From assembly GCA_047495785.1 (NCBI GenBank), contig JBLDXI010000002.1, positions 372,001 to 436,000 on the forward strand: DNA of 64,000 bases, read 5' to 3'. Shown in pieces: positions 35,498-48,204 of the stretch. Below the pieces are notes generated by a model. The model did not search any database and was not told where the DNA came from. It saw only the letters and a program-made list of their open reading frames with translations. Source of the DNA: Lepidodermella squamata (Eukaryota; Animalia; Gastrotricha). Position 1 is the stretch's first letter. Each line of letters begins with the position of its first letter. A program made the position numbers and the translations under genes.

Positions 35498-38400
35498 ATG
35501 GAAGAGGGTTACTTAGGTCGAACGGCGAGCCGCGCGACGATCGAACTGCCCGGCGCCATTACCGCCGTAGACGACTACGAAGGCAGTGATGAATTGCAAC
35601 AACGCCCAGCCGCTATTCGCGCAAGTGTAGACGACAGCATGGCGGAGTTGGAAACTAGTTCGACCAGCAAGCGCAAAAACACGTGCTTCGTCATTCCGAG
35701 CCCGGCGCAAAGCATCGCCGACCCGGCCGAGCCAGCGCCGTTGAAGAAGGCATCCACCTCGTCGGAATTGCCGTCGGCTCCGGCTAAACCCGAAATAAAC
35801 CCGAACGCGATACCGCTCGACTACGACGCAAATGCTGAGAAAATTGCGCAGACTTTGGCGGGGTTTCGGCCATTTACGAAGCGGAGTTATACGACGTTGC
35901 GGGCGAGAATTGTTGAGAGGCGGCTCAAGGATGAGGAGAAGAAGGATCGAGATATGGAGGATGCGAAATTGGTTGATGGCGAGCTTGTGGTTGACGATGA
36001 CGTCGTTGAATGCGATCCGAAGTTGAAAGAGGGAAAATGCCTGCCGAAAGCGGTCGCGAATCACTTTCCAAAGGCCTTACTTGGCTGTCCGGTAGAGGAT
36101 CCTGATCCTTTCTATCGGGAATATGAAGAGGTGATTAATCTCTAATTTTCTTAGTTTTACAATAATTTGTTGATTTTACCAATAATTATGAGAAATTAAT
36201 TTTTATAAATTTTTCTTTGAATTATTTTGAATTTCTGGAAAAAAGTCTTGTCATTTGCCGACGTGCCTTGAATTTAAAAATTTTTTTTTTATTGAATTTT
36301 AATTAATTAAAAAAATTAATTCTCATTTTTTTAGACATGCCTGGTGATATCGAGGCGGTTCAACAAGCAAGGCTACATACTTCGATTTTCGGCTGCTCCC
36401 TCTATGTATATTTTTCCGCCTTGGGGCCGCGTCCGTCGCCTCGCCCTTTACACCTATACCCACCCACTCTTCGACCTAATTGTCATTTTCACAATTCTGG
36501 CTAACAGCGTGAGTTACCATTTTTTTAATTTTCTCAATTCGCAATGAATTTCGAAATTGAAATTACAGTTGACAAAAAATATCAATTTTGAATTTTTTGA
36601 ATTTTTTGAATTTTGAAAATAAAAACGTTGAAATTTAAGATTTTTTTTTAATCTCAAATTGTAAGAATTTTTAAGGGGGATTTTTATGAATTTTTGAAAA
36701 TTTTTGCAGAATTTTTCTAGGTCATTGCGATTTTTTATTGGACAAATAATTGATTTGTGTGAAATTAGGTCATTTTAAATTTTGGTCACCAATTTGCCTT
36801 TATTTAGCTTTATATGGCGATGAATATTGACGAAAACGTCCCCGAGTACACATTCCTCGCCTTGTACACCTTCGAAGCCGTTGTCAAGGCCATAGCCCGC
36901 GGTTTAATCATGACCAAGCACACGTATCTCCGCGATCCTTGGAACTGGCTCGATTTCATCGTCCTCGTCTCCGCCTACGCGACAATAATTGCTCAATACG
37001 CCGCCGGCGGGGCGTCGGTGAACGTTCAAGCCCTGCGAACTTTCCGCGTCTTTCGCGTCCTCAAAACAGTAGCTGTAATACCTGGGTTGAAGCGCATCAT
37101 TGAGGCGCTGATTCGAGCGCTGAAAATGCTCGGCGATGTCTACATGATGACGGCGTTTTTCCTAACGATTTTCGCGCTGTTTGGCACGGAAATTTTCATG
37201 GGTTCGCTGCGGAGTAAATGCGTCCGGAACGCGGCTTATTACAATTTGTCTCACGATGCAAATTCGACCAATTATGTGCCGTGGAAGCAGTGGATCGAAA
37301 ATTCAAGTAATTTTCGGAATATTTATATGAATTTTGCCTAATTATTGACATTATTTGATTACCCCCTTTAACAGTCTTATTTTTTTATAAATGTTAATAA
37401 TTTTTAAATTTGAGAGGTAATATTTTTCAGTCCGATAGGTATTTTGATGTTTGATGAAAATAGGGGATGGAAAATCAATTACTGCTAAAATTAAATCTTA
37501 ACCGAAGGACATTTCATTTGAAGGAGGAGCCACCCTGGGATCCCATCCCTAAACCCAGAGTTTTTAATTCAATACCGGTTGACATGAACTGGCTCAACCA
37601 TAGCTCATTTGCTTTAGTAATATCACTTGTAACCTTGATTCAGCCGCCCTCCCCTCTAATTAGAAGGTGGAACAAAAAAACAACGTTAGTCTAAAATTAC
37701 AAGAAATTTGTGATTGCACGCGCTAATGTCAAAGGGATACATTCGAATAATCTGTCTGTTTTGTACCGAAATAAAATTCAGAAAATTCTCTATCGATTGA
37801 ATATAGGGTCATCGTGCGAAAAACTAATGGGAAAAATGTTCACGCGCACACCGAATTGCGAGTCGGTTGTGTGTGTGGGAATTTTGGAGCGCTCAATAAA
37901 TTTGGTGTGCGCGTGAAAATTTTCCCATCAATTTTTTTGCACAATGACCCTATATTCAATCGATAGAGAATTTTCTGAATTTTATTTCGGTACAAAACAG
38001 ACAGATTATTCAAAAGTAGCCCTTTGACATCAGTGCTTGCAAAGTCTCACCAATGCTCATGTTTTTTGCGTGAATAAGACTACTGTAGCCCCGAATTGCG
38101 AATTGATTTTTGGGTGTTCACATCAAACCAATCGGAATTTTGAATTTTGAAGTTTTTTGAAGTTTTGAGTAAAATGATTTATTACATTTTAAATTGTGTT
38201 CGAATGAATTTTTTTTGATAAATTATTAAGATGTATGATACCATCAAATTAATATGTACGCAAAAGCAATTTTTATCTAATTATTTTTCTGATTTTTCCT
38301 GTAAATTTAGGTAATTGGAATTATCGAGATGACGCTATGGATTACCAGGTGTGTGGCAACATAACCGGCGCCCAACGGTGCCCGAAAGACTTCAGCTGCC

Positions 38401-41400
38401 TCCAAGTGGACGCATCACCCAACCCACAGTACGACTTCACCAGCTACGACAACTTCTTCTCATCATTCATGATCGCCCTGCAAATTTTCAACACCGACTA
38501 CTGGGACTACCTGTACGACTCGGTGATATCCGGAAATGGCTACGGCGCCTTCCCGTGGTTCGTCATCTGCATAGTCCTACTCGCGTACTACATGGCTAAT
38601 TTATTCCAAGCCGTAGTCGCCCTGTCGTACCAGGTCGAGGAGGAGGTCGACGAGGATGACTTGGACACAGTCGATCCGACAGTCAAAGTCAAGAAGAAGA
38701 AGGCTCGGTTCGTGTTCGACCCGTATCGCCTCAGAAATTTAACCGAAGAGTCGAAACAGGACGCTAGGTCACGCAGTTTGATCTCATTACGCGAGGTCAC
38801 AGCTCGAAAATTACGCCGCGAGTCCGTTTTATCACACCGCGGCTCGGACGCGGATACCGAAGAACCCGAAACCAGTAAAAAACCGAAAAAGCCAACCGCA
38901 GTCGTTAAGCCAACCGCCCAGTCGGAACTTACGAGCTCTGATTCAATGATTACAGACAAAAATAGCGGCTTCATCTGGCCGGGTCTAATTAATAAAATTC
39001 GGTACCGGGTCCGGCATCGACCGCCTAGTGCGGTGTCTTCGGAAGATGTCCCAAAAATCGGTTATTGGGACCGGAACCCGTTGTGTTGTATGACGTGCTG
39101 CATCGGCTACTTCCCATGGCTTCGATTCCAGCACTACCTTCTAGTTTTCGTGTCGGACCCATTTTTCGATTTATTCATCACCGCGACAATTGTGATAAAT
39201 ACCATAGCTATGGCGTCGTATTACCACGGCATTCCCGATTCGGTGAATGATTTTTTGAACGGCGTCAATGACGGTTGTACGTACATATTTCTGGCCGAGT
39301 GTTTTTTCAAGTTGTTGGCCATGTGTGGCCAATACTTTGATAATCGCTGGAATTGGCTCGATTTTGCGGTTGTCATTGGCAGTGTTTTTGATATTTTGTT
39401 TACCGAGTCTAATGTCAGCTTTTCCGGTTTCAATACAAGCATTATTCGGCTATTGCGTCTGGTAAATTTTAGGCAATTTATTCGAAAAATGTAGACTGAA
39501 AAAAGTAAATTAAAAAATGCTAAAATTGTTCGAAAATAAGAAGCGCTCTTAAAAATAAAATTGAACAAATTTAGTTAAAATTCGGGGATGTTAGCTACTA
39601 GACAAGAGTCCAGTTGGAGTAGCTTCTATTAGTTCATATCAATTCTTTAAAAAAAGTTGTGAATTTCGACATCAAAAGGTTAGGGCATAGGGTTAGGGCT
39701 TATGCTTGTATAGAGTGCAGGTTAAGTTTTGAGCTTGGTTAGGGTTCTCGTTTAAGGTCAGGTTTCTAGGTTCAGGGTTAAGGTTAGGGTTCAAGGATCG
39801 GGGTTCAGGGTTCGGGATTCAGGGTTCGGGGTTCAGGTTAGGGTGTAGGGTTCAGGTTAGGGTTTGAACTTGGTTAGGGTTCAGGGTTCTAGGTTCAAGG
39901 TTCGGGGTTCAGGGTTCAGGGTTCGGGGTTCAGGTTAGGGTTAGTTTTGGGGTTTATCCGATTTTTCCAAAATATGTATGAAAGATTGCACCCTATTCAT
40001 AATTGATTTGTTTTTAATTTCAACGTACAGTGAAACCCCGATTTGGCGTCATCTACGGGCCGGCCAAAAAATCGGGCGGGAAATCCTAAAAGACGGATAA
40101 TCCGGGTCAATTTACATGCAATGCTATGCTGCGGGGAAAAATGAAGATTTTTCATCCCCTTATCTTTTGCATACCCGGATTTCCCGTAGACGGAAAATAA
40201 AAGGACGCCAAATCGGGGTTTCACTGTAATTTGAACTTAATTGACGTAATTGTTCTTTTTACTAAATTTTCCAGCTTCGAATCCTTAAACTAGCCAAGTC
40301 ATGGAAGACGATGCGGCTACTCCTCGAAATTATCCTTAGCACAGTTGGAGCTATCGGAAATTTGATGCTTGTGGTAGGTTTCGAAAATCTCATAAAAATT
40401 CTTGATTTTACAAACAATTTTCCTACTTCAGCTTCTCATCGTCATTTTCATCTTCGCGGTTATCGGCATGCAATTATTTTCGGATAAATACGTCGAAGCG
40501 AAATTCCTGCCCGGAACTGGCAAGCCAAGTTTCACTATGCTACCCGGTTTCGTCGGCATCCCTACGTGGAACTGGACAGGTTAATATCATTTTAGCTGAA
40601 AATCAGTGAAATGAAACGGAATTTTGTTCAATTAGATTTCTTCCATTCGTTCATGATGGTCTTTCGAGTTTTGTGTCGTGAAACTTACCAACCAATGTGG
40701 GACTGCATTACAGCTAATAGCGCGGCAATGTGAGTTACAAGCCCTAAATAAAAATTAAAAAATCGAGTAAAAATATTTAAAAAAATTATATTTAAATGTT
40801 GATTTTCTTAATTTTATTCAAATTTTGAAAAATATTGAAAAATCGATAAAATTGAAAATCAGTTTCAAAATTGGTTAAATTTTCAGTTTGGTAAGTGAAA
40901 TTCTAAGGAGTAATTATCGGAATTAAGCTACAATTTACTGAAAATTTTGCTTTTTTTCTAGATGCATTCCGGTCTATTTAGCAATTTTGATGATTGGAAG
41001 CTACGTCGTACTGAACCTGTTCATGGCCGTGTTGCTCAACGCCTTCAGCTCTGACAACATGAGCAAGAAACAGAAAAACGACGAGGACGACCGGCTGCGG
41101 AAGCGCATGAAAAAAATTCGTGAATTCTTCAAACAATGCTTCACCCGCTGCTTCAAATGCCTGCCATCGCGAGTCAGCCCTACTACGGCAGCTATTGATG
41201 ACGCCGCCTCGACGTACTACGCCAATGACAACGCGACAACTGTAGCTGCCGATGAGTTGGATACAAGTCGCAGCGTTATTGATTTGAACACCCATCGCGT
41301 TAAATTGAACCTTCCCAGTGATGAGGATGATGATGCGAAAAAAACTAATCGAAGGCATCGGCATAAAACAAATGAGACAACAACAGCGAGTTCGACGAGT

Positions 41401-44400
41401 GGCACGCATGGCCGCACAAAATCTGGGTCAATGACTACGGAGACGCAGCTAGAGACAACGCGGACGGGCAGCTCAACGGCCAGGCGGTCGAGTTCGGCTT
41501 CGAATAAGCCGGTTGTTGTTCGCGATTGCTGTTGGCCGTGGTTTAATCGGCGATTTACAAAGTTGGCGTTTTGCTGCTCGAGTGAGACGAAGTTTGGCGC
41601 GGCTTTTTTGAAGAGTCGCCTGTTTCTGTTACGCATCGCTGAGCATAAAGCGTTCGAGTTTACGATTCTGGGCTTCATTTTCGCCAGCTCAATATCACTG
41701 GTTCGTAAATAATGAAAAATTGAAATTGAAATCCTGGAAAATATTTAAAAATTAAAAAATTGAAGAAATTTCAAAAATTCATAAATTTCCAATCAAGTGG
41801 TAAAAAATGCGAATTTCGGAAAATTTTCAGTTTTTCATATTTTTCAAATTTTTAATTTTTTCTTATTTTAATATTTTTAATATTTTTTATTTAATTTCTA
41901 TAGTGCTTGCAAGATGCTAATTTGGTCGATGATTCCCCGCTCGATGTTGCTCTCAATTACTTGGACTACATCTACCTGGCCGTATTCACGGTCGAAATGC
42001 TCATCAAAATCTATGCGCTCGGGATTCGCATATATTTCACGTCTTTCTGGACCATATTAGACTTCTTCATCGTTGTGGTAAATTTAGAAATTTCCCAAGT
42101 TTTTTTCGAATTTTTTAAATATTTGTCCCATCTTTACAGACGGCCTATGCTGACCTAATTATGAGTCAAGTTGCATCTTCCAGCAATTTAACGGCTCTTA
42201 GAGCACTCAGAACATTACGAGCACTTCGGCCATTGAGAGCGGTAATATTTATTAATTTTATTAAAAATTTAAATTTAGCGAACTTTTTTAATTTTAGCCA
42301 TTAATTTCAAGTCAAATTATTATTTTTCGAAATTTAACCCGATATTCAGCTTTCAGCTTTCATCTAATCCTATTTTTCCAAAAATTTTAGATTTCTCGCT
42401 GGCAAGGCATGAAAATTGTTGTCAACGCTCTAATCGCCGCCATTCCACCCATCGCCAACGTTCTACTCGTCGTCATGATAATCTGGCTCATCTTCGCCAT
42501 CATGGGCGTGCAATTCTTCGCCGGCAAGTTCTCGTACTGCGCCGATGTCGCAACAGGCAATCGCATCCCGCGTGCCCTAGTTCCGGACAAAACCTTCTGC
42601 GAAAAGGACCCAAGCCGCGCCTGGGCGACCTACGTCATCAACTTCGACAATATCGGCAACGCCTACCTAGCACTGCTCCAGGTCGCAACCTTCGAAGGCT
42701 GGACAACAGTCCTACAACTGGCGGTCGATTCGCCTGATAATTTGTACGACCAACCGGCGCCGGAGAGCAACATCAACTACTACGTCTACTTCATATTTTT
42801 CAGCGTAGTCTGTTCGTTTTTTCTACTCAATCTCTTCGTCGGTGTTATCATCGATGGGTTCAACGCTTTGAAGAAGAAATACGAGGGCAATACGGCATTG
42901 CAGCTTTTCATGACCGACTCGCAGAAGCAGTATTACAACACAATAAAAAAGCTAGGATCGAAAAAGCCGCGAAAAACGGTTGGAAGGCCTAAATCGAAAT
43001 TTGCGGCGTTTTTCTTTGACATCGCGAATTCGCCGCATTTCGAGGCGGCTAATTCTGTGGCGATTGCGTTTAATGTTGTCGTTTTGGCGACGACCCACTA
43101 CAACCAGCCGTATGTGTACACCCTGATACAGGATATGTTGGATTTGATGTTTACGACGATTTTCGTGCTGGAGATTTTCGTGCAGTTGATTGCGTATCGG
43201 CATTACTATTTTCGCAATCCGTGGCACATTTTCGACTTCAGCGTTGTTGTTCTATCAGTTGCGAGTGAGTTTCTCAGTTTCCACCTACTGTGAAACCTTG
43301 GGAAGGGTTCAGTAGATTTTTTCAAAGGATTCAAAAGAATTCAAAAAGATTCAAAGGTTCAATTTCAAAAATTTTCAAAAATATTAGAAAAATGTCAAAT
43401 AATTGATTATTTCAACCTAGTCAAATTACAAAATTTTCAGAATTTTTTTACGAATTTTAAAAAAATTTCGAAATTTCGAAATTCCCAAAAGCTATTAAAT
43501 TTTGGATTTATTACGATTTTTGAAGTTTGAATTTGAAATTTGTTCAACTGCCAGTTTTATAGGAAGTGATCTCAAAAATTGATAGAATTTCGTTTATTTT
43601 GTAGCAACTAGATTTAGGATAATTGAAATTATATTTTACATTGAAATTAAAATTATGATGATGAATTTTCAATTTTCCAATGATCAGCGTCTTTTCCAGG
43701 TAAATAATTTAGCGACCCATTTTTTTGAAACCCGAGCCCAGAAATGATTTCAATTTTCAAAACTGTCAATGCATGACTTCAGGTACCAGGTTTACGGCTC
43801 GGGCTTAGAGAAGGGAGAAAAATTATGATTTTTTTGCAATTTCTTTCGAATTAGAAGTGGGGAGTTCGGAACATTTTTCTCCTAATTTTCCAATTTTTAT
43901 AATTTTTTTTAAACAATTCGTCGTTAGGACACCCTGAGATTCATTTATTTATTGGGGAAATGTACCTATATAATCTATACAGATGGCCCCTGCTTCCAAG
44001 TACCATTATTTTATTAAATTTTCCAGCAAATTGATTTAGATCAATTGAAAAATGGTTAACTCTTCTCTTATTTAAAGGTTACGGACTAGCGGATTTACTG
44101 GAAGCAATGTCTGTATCGCCCACAGTGCTCCACTCCTTGCGGTTACTTCGAATCGGCCGAGTTCTCCGGCTCATCCGGTCCTCGAAAGGCGTTCGAAAAC
44201 TCATGTTCTCCTTCATCATGTCCATTCCAGCGCTGTTCAACATCTGCTGTCTGCTATTCCTCGTCATTTTCATCTACGCAATAATCGGCATGAATTTATT
44301 CGGCCACATCGGCCGTTTCGGCGGCAATCTCGACGATATCTACAATTTTTCGACCTTCATTAACTCCCTGCTCACCCTGTTCCGATTGACAACCGTTTCC

Positions 44401-45792
44401 GGCTGGGATAACGTGCATCAAGGGTTGAGTTTTACGGACGACCCGTCATCCGGCTGCCAGGCCAATGTTTCGCTAACGACATACGGCTACGTTTGGTCCA
44501 ATCCGTGTTGCAATCGAACTGCTTGGCTACGACCTAATGGGGATGTTGTGATTGACAAGGGCGGAACGGGAAATTGCGGCAATTATTCGATAGCCTCGCT
44601 TTATTGCGTGACCTACTTACTCTGGGTCGGCTTCGTTATAGTGTAAGGGAAACGTTTACTATCAATTAATTTCTATAAAATTTCAATAAAATTTTAGAAA
44701 ATTTGAAAAAAGTTGAAAATAATTTCAGCGTCTAATTTCAGAGAATTGGATTTTTCAAAAATTTCAAATTTGAAAATTGAAAATTCACTACTTTTTTGAA
44801 ATTTTATTAATAATTTTAATCAGGAGTTTTATTTTTCTTCTGGAATAATTCTCATTTATTTTTTCTTAATTTTTCGAGAATGACGATTTATCGATCTTTC
44901 ACTGTTTATTTTGCCTATCTAGCAACATGTTTGCGGCCGTCATTTTGGATAACTACCAGCAGGCTGTCGATCAGGAAGAAGCCGGCGTTACCGATGACGA
45001 TATCGAGCTGTTCTACCGAGCCTGGGAGCATTTCGATCCCCTAGCAACGCAGTTCATTGCCTATTCTGAACTTTCCAATTTTGCAGCCGCGCTCGAACCG
45101 CCTTTATCGTGCCCAAAGGTGAGAAAAAAATCGAATTAAATGATTGACACAAAAAAGCGATCGATTACGAACTGAATTCATTAACAAATTTCTGCACTTA
45201 ACCTTTGAAAAAATTGATTTAAAAATTCAGAAAAATTCACAGAAATTCCCAAACATTATTTCAATGAAATGATGAATAAAAGGACTAATTTTGAATTTTA
45301 AAATCGGAATTTCAATTTATTTCGTAATTTCATAGATTTTTGAACTTTTGAATGCATTTTTATATAGGTTTGCAAAAATTTTCAATTTTTTAATAATTTT
45401 CTACGAATTTTCATTACCAGCCAAATGACCACGCCCTCACAATACTTGACATTCCAATTTTACGCGAACACGGCAATGGAAAAGAAATCGTTCATTGCCT
45501 CGATGTGCTAATCGCCCTGATTCGAAAAGCCCTCGGTTTCATCGACGAAACCGAGGAGTTTGTGCAAGTTCGCGAGACACTCGAGTCCATGTTCAGCACA
45601 GCTTTCCCGCTTCGAATCGAGGTTGAGCGCGTTTCGTCGACGAAGCAGCGGAAAAAGGAAGATATCGCCGCTCGAACGCTTCAGAAGGCGTGGCGCAACT
45701 TCCGCATGAGCCGCGGCTGGCGAGCTTCGATGCGCCAAAAAATCGAATCTGTATCAGCACTTTCTGGAGCTTCGCCTATGCCTCCGACTTGA
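35498..45792 (+). CDS. Voltage-gated Nav2-family four-domain cation channel, paralog C
   Basis: Exons near 35498-36130, 36335-36508, 36808-37306, 38311-39461, 40275-40373, 40432-40579, 40635-40728, 40961-41700, 41904-42077, 42139-42241, 42391-43264, 44078-44642, 44923-45118 and 45421-45792 give all four domains. P-loops NTDYWD/CRETYQP/TFEGWTT/TVSGWDN, QLFMTDSQKQYY linker, AARTLQKAWR. Confidence 0.9.
37714..38042. mobile_element. Foldback MITE with long (about 135 bp) inverted arms
   Basis: TTGCACGCGCTAATGTCAAAGGG...CACGCGCACACC pairs with GGTGTGCGCGTG...CCCTTTGACATCAGTGCTTGCAA; a related copy lies at about 55459-55775. Confidence 0.8.
39678..39953 (+). repeat. Degenerate telomere-like G-rich tract (GGTTAGG / GGTTCAGG / GGTTCGGGG) in an intron of paralog C
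   Basis: Directly visible mixed TTAGGG/TTCAGGG/TTCGGGG units. Confidence 0.85.
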
Positions 45793-46406
45793 TTTATAAT
45801 CAAAAATTGATTTCTTTCATCATTTCTATTGATTTTTTATTTTCATTTATTTGAAACCTGTGATTAACGAATAAATTATTTGAAGATGCTTATTTGGGTT
45901 CCAAGATTTTGAAATTCAACAATTATGGGTTCTTTAAGCGATTTAAATATTTTGCTCAGAATAACCCAAGATTCTTTATCAGGCTCAAGTACGATTTGGA
46001 TTAGTTTCTGTGGAAAGTACTGATTTCTGATTTCCTTAGACTTGGATCTTCAGCTTCCTAACTGCAAGGTTCCACTGGCTAACGCCTAAAAATTCACCCT
46101 AATAACAACCGTACCCATATATTCATCTTTTCCTTCAATTGATTATTCAACAATATTCAACAATATTGACGGTAGCAAAGAAGAAATAATGGGTAGGGAA
46201 CGTGATAAAATAAAATAGAAATTAACCTCAAAGTAACTTTATTTATTGCTTTTTTCCTCTATTGCTTATTTATTCATTGCATATATAACTTTATTCCTTA
46301 TTTATTATTATTCCTTATTTGTTAACCTTCACTTCGCACATCTCACAAACTCGCTCATCAATTCGGCCGAATCGCGACGCCAGTTCCAGCCTCGCGCAGT
46401 CAGCTG

Positions 46407-46806
46407 TTAAATCTTTTCGTAGGCATCGAAGTTGTAGGCCCCGGTTCTACCAGTGCAATCGTACCACAAATGGCAAAATGTCCCCGGAGTCTCACCCTCA
46501 GGAGCCACTTCCCAGCCAAATGCTTTGCAATCCTTATTATCCTCGTTCTTGTTGTTCGTGCACCATGCGGCGCATTTCTCTTCCGATGTTACTCCATTCA
46601 TTCCATTGATCACAGCACCATTCGGTGCCTCCGAGCAAAATGCCATATGAGCCATCTGTTTGTAGCCAGGGTAACTACCTGCGGCTGAAAAACGATATAA
46701 ACGTATAACATGTTAGTAAATAGCTGCTGATGAAGTCGAGTTACTTACCTGCCATGGCAATGCAGGAAACAGCGATGAGGGCGACGAGAACGTTCTGAGA
46801 AGCCAT
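46407..46806 (-). CDS. Small secreted PAN/apple-domain-like protein, copy 1 (exons 46806-46749, 46684-46407; 111 aa)
   Basis: Signal peptide MASQNVLVALIAVSCIAMA; six mature Cys including C-AAW-C...C-KAF.W...C-HL; TATAAAT about 95 nt upstream. Confidence 0.75.
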
Positions 46807-48204
46807 TTCAAGAAGAAAGTTGAAGAAAGGGAAAATGATGTTTTATCAGAGAGAGAAAATTGAAATGATGGATTCCTAGCCTGCTCGCTACGATCATTTA
46901 TACCCTTTTTCAGCTGTCACCCAGAAAATAAAACAATTGGGTCATATCTACTGCTCAGGTTCATAACAACAATAGCATTAGTGTAAGCCGATTAATTTCC
47001 TTAAGACATCTGAATAAGCAACGGAGAGAAGAGCGGAGAAGTTCATACCCTATACCGTAGGCAGTAACGTCATTTCGTGGTAATTAAGTGAATGGGACAT
47101 TTTTCAGTTAGCACTGGGCGGTTCGCCAATTTTTCGGCTGTCACCCAAAAATTACAGAAAAAATTGGGTCATTGCTACTGCTTAGATCCAAGTGAAGGTG
47201 CGAAGTTTCCATGTTGGTTACCGTGATTGGCATTCCTTTTTTGATTGAAAGGAGTTCGTGCAAGTTCGCGAGACACTCGAGTCCATGTTCAGCACAGCTT
47301 TCCCGCTGAATATACGAATATACCAGCCCTTTATTGATCATATAATATGGCATAAGCATATAGCATAACATAGCATAGCATTATCTTTATTTTTATCTTT
47401 TCCTTCAATTAATTGTTCAGCATTATTCAACGAAATTTACAGTGGGAAAGAAGAGATATTGAGAAGGAAATACGTCAAAATAAAATGCTCTCCGGTGTAG
47501 CCAGCCCGTGATGTTTACTTACTTAACTCTCCAAAAGCAATTCTATTCTGGGCCAGGGCATCGGCTTCCTCATAATTGTTAATCCCTATTTTGTCTACAT
47601 GTTGCAATTGATCCACCTTAATTTCGGTCGCCCCGAGGCCTAGTTCAAGTACCTATAATCAGGCGGCCGCCAGTACCGCGTCTGGGTTAAAAGCCTTATG
47701 GGGTCCAGCGTTATGGGGTCCACGCGAGCGACGTGCCCGTATCAGCGAATAAGTTGACGCCAAGCTATTTTGAACGTCAATTGTTCCGAACATATCTCCA
47801 AATTCTTATGCCGCATATTTTTCGCCTACATCGAGTCGCATCGCCTCCTCAGAAAGCCCAACTTTTGCTGCTGTGCATATCGCCTTTTAAGCATTTCATT
47901 TTTTTCCTTAGTTGGGATTGATTGATTCCTCACAATTTATATGCATGCAGATTAGGCATATTAAATACTGCTGTAAATAACAGGGGCGCGGGGCGACAAT
48001 GGGCATCCTTGCCTGAGCCCTTCAGTTGCCCTAAAAGGTTCTGCGCTAACGCCACCTACACGCACTGTGCCAATGCTATTCCTAAACAATAAGCATCAAT
48101 ATATTTGTTCAGCATCAACTTCCCGGCTAAAATGTTGAAGAATTTTAAAAGGGACATCTTGAAAGCTTTTCGTGCTTTTTTGGAAAGCACAGAAGTTAGT
48201 TTGT

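Noticed and set aside
1947-45792. Channel genes as fragmented pseudogenes, or as Cav/NALCN
   Set aside because: The ORF breaks coincide with GT-AG introns and paralog A splices fully in frame. The filter, III-IV linker and C-terminus are Nav-type, not EEEE/EEDD/EEKE.
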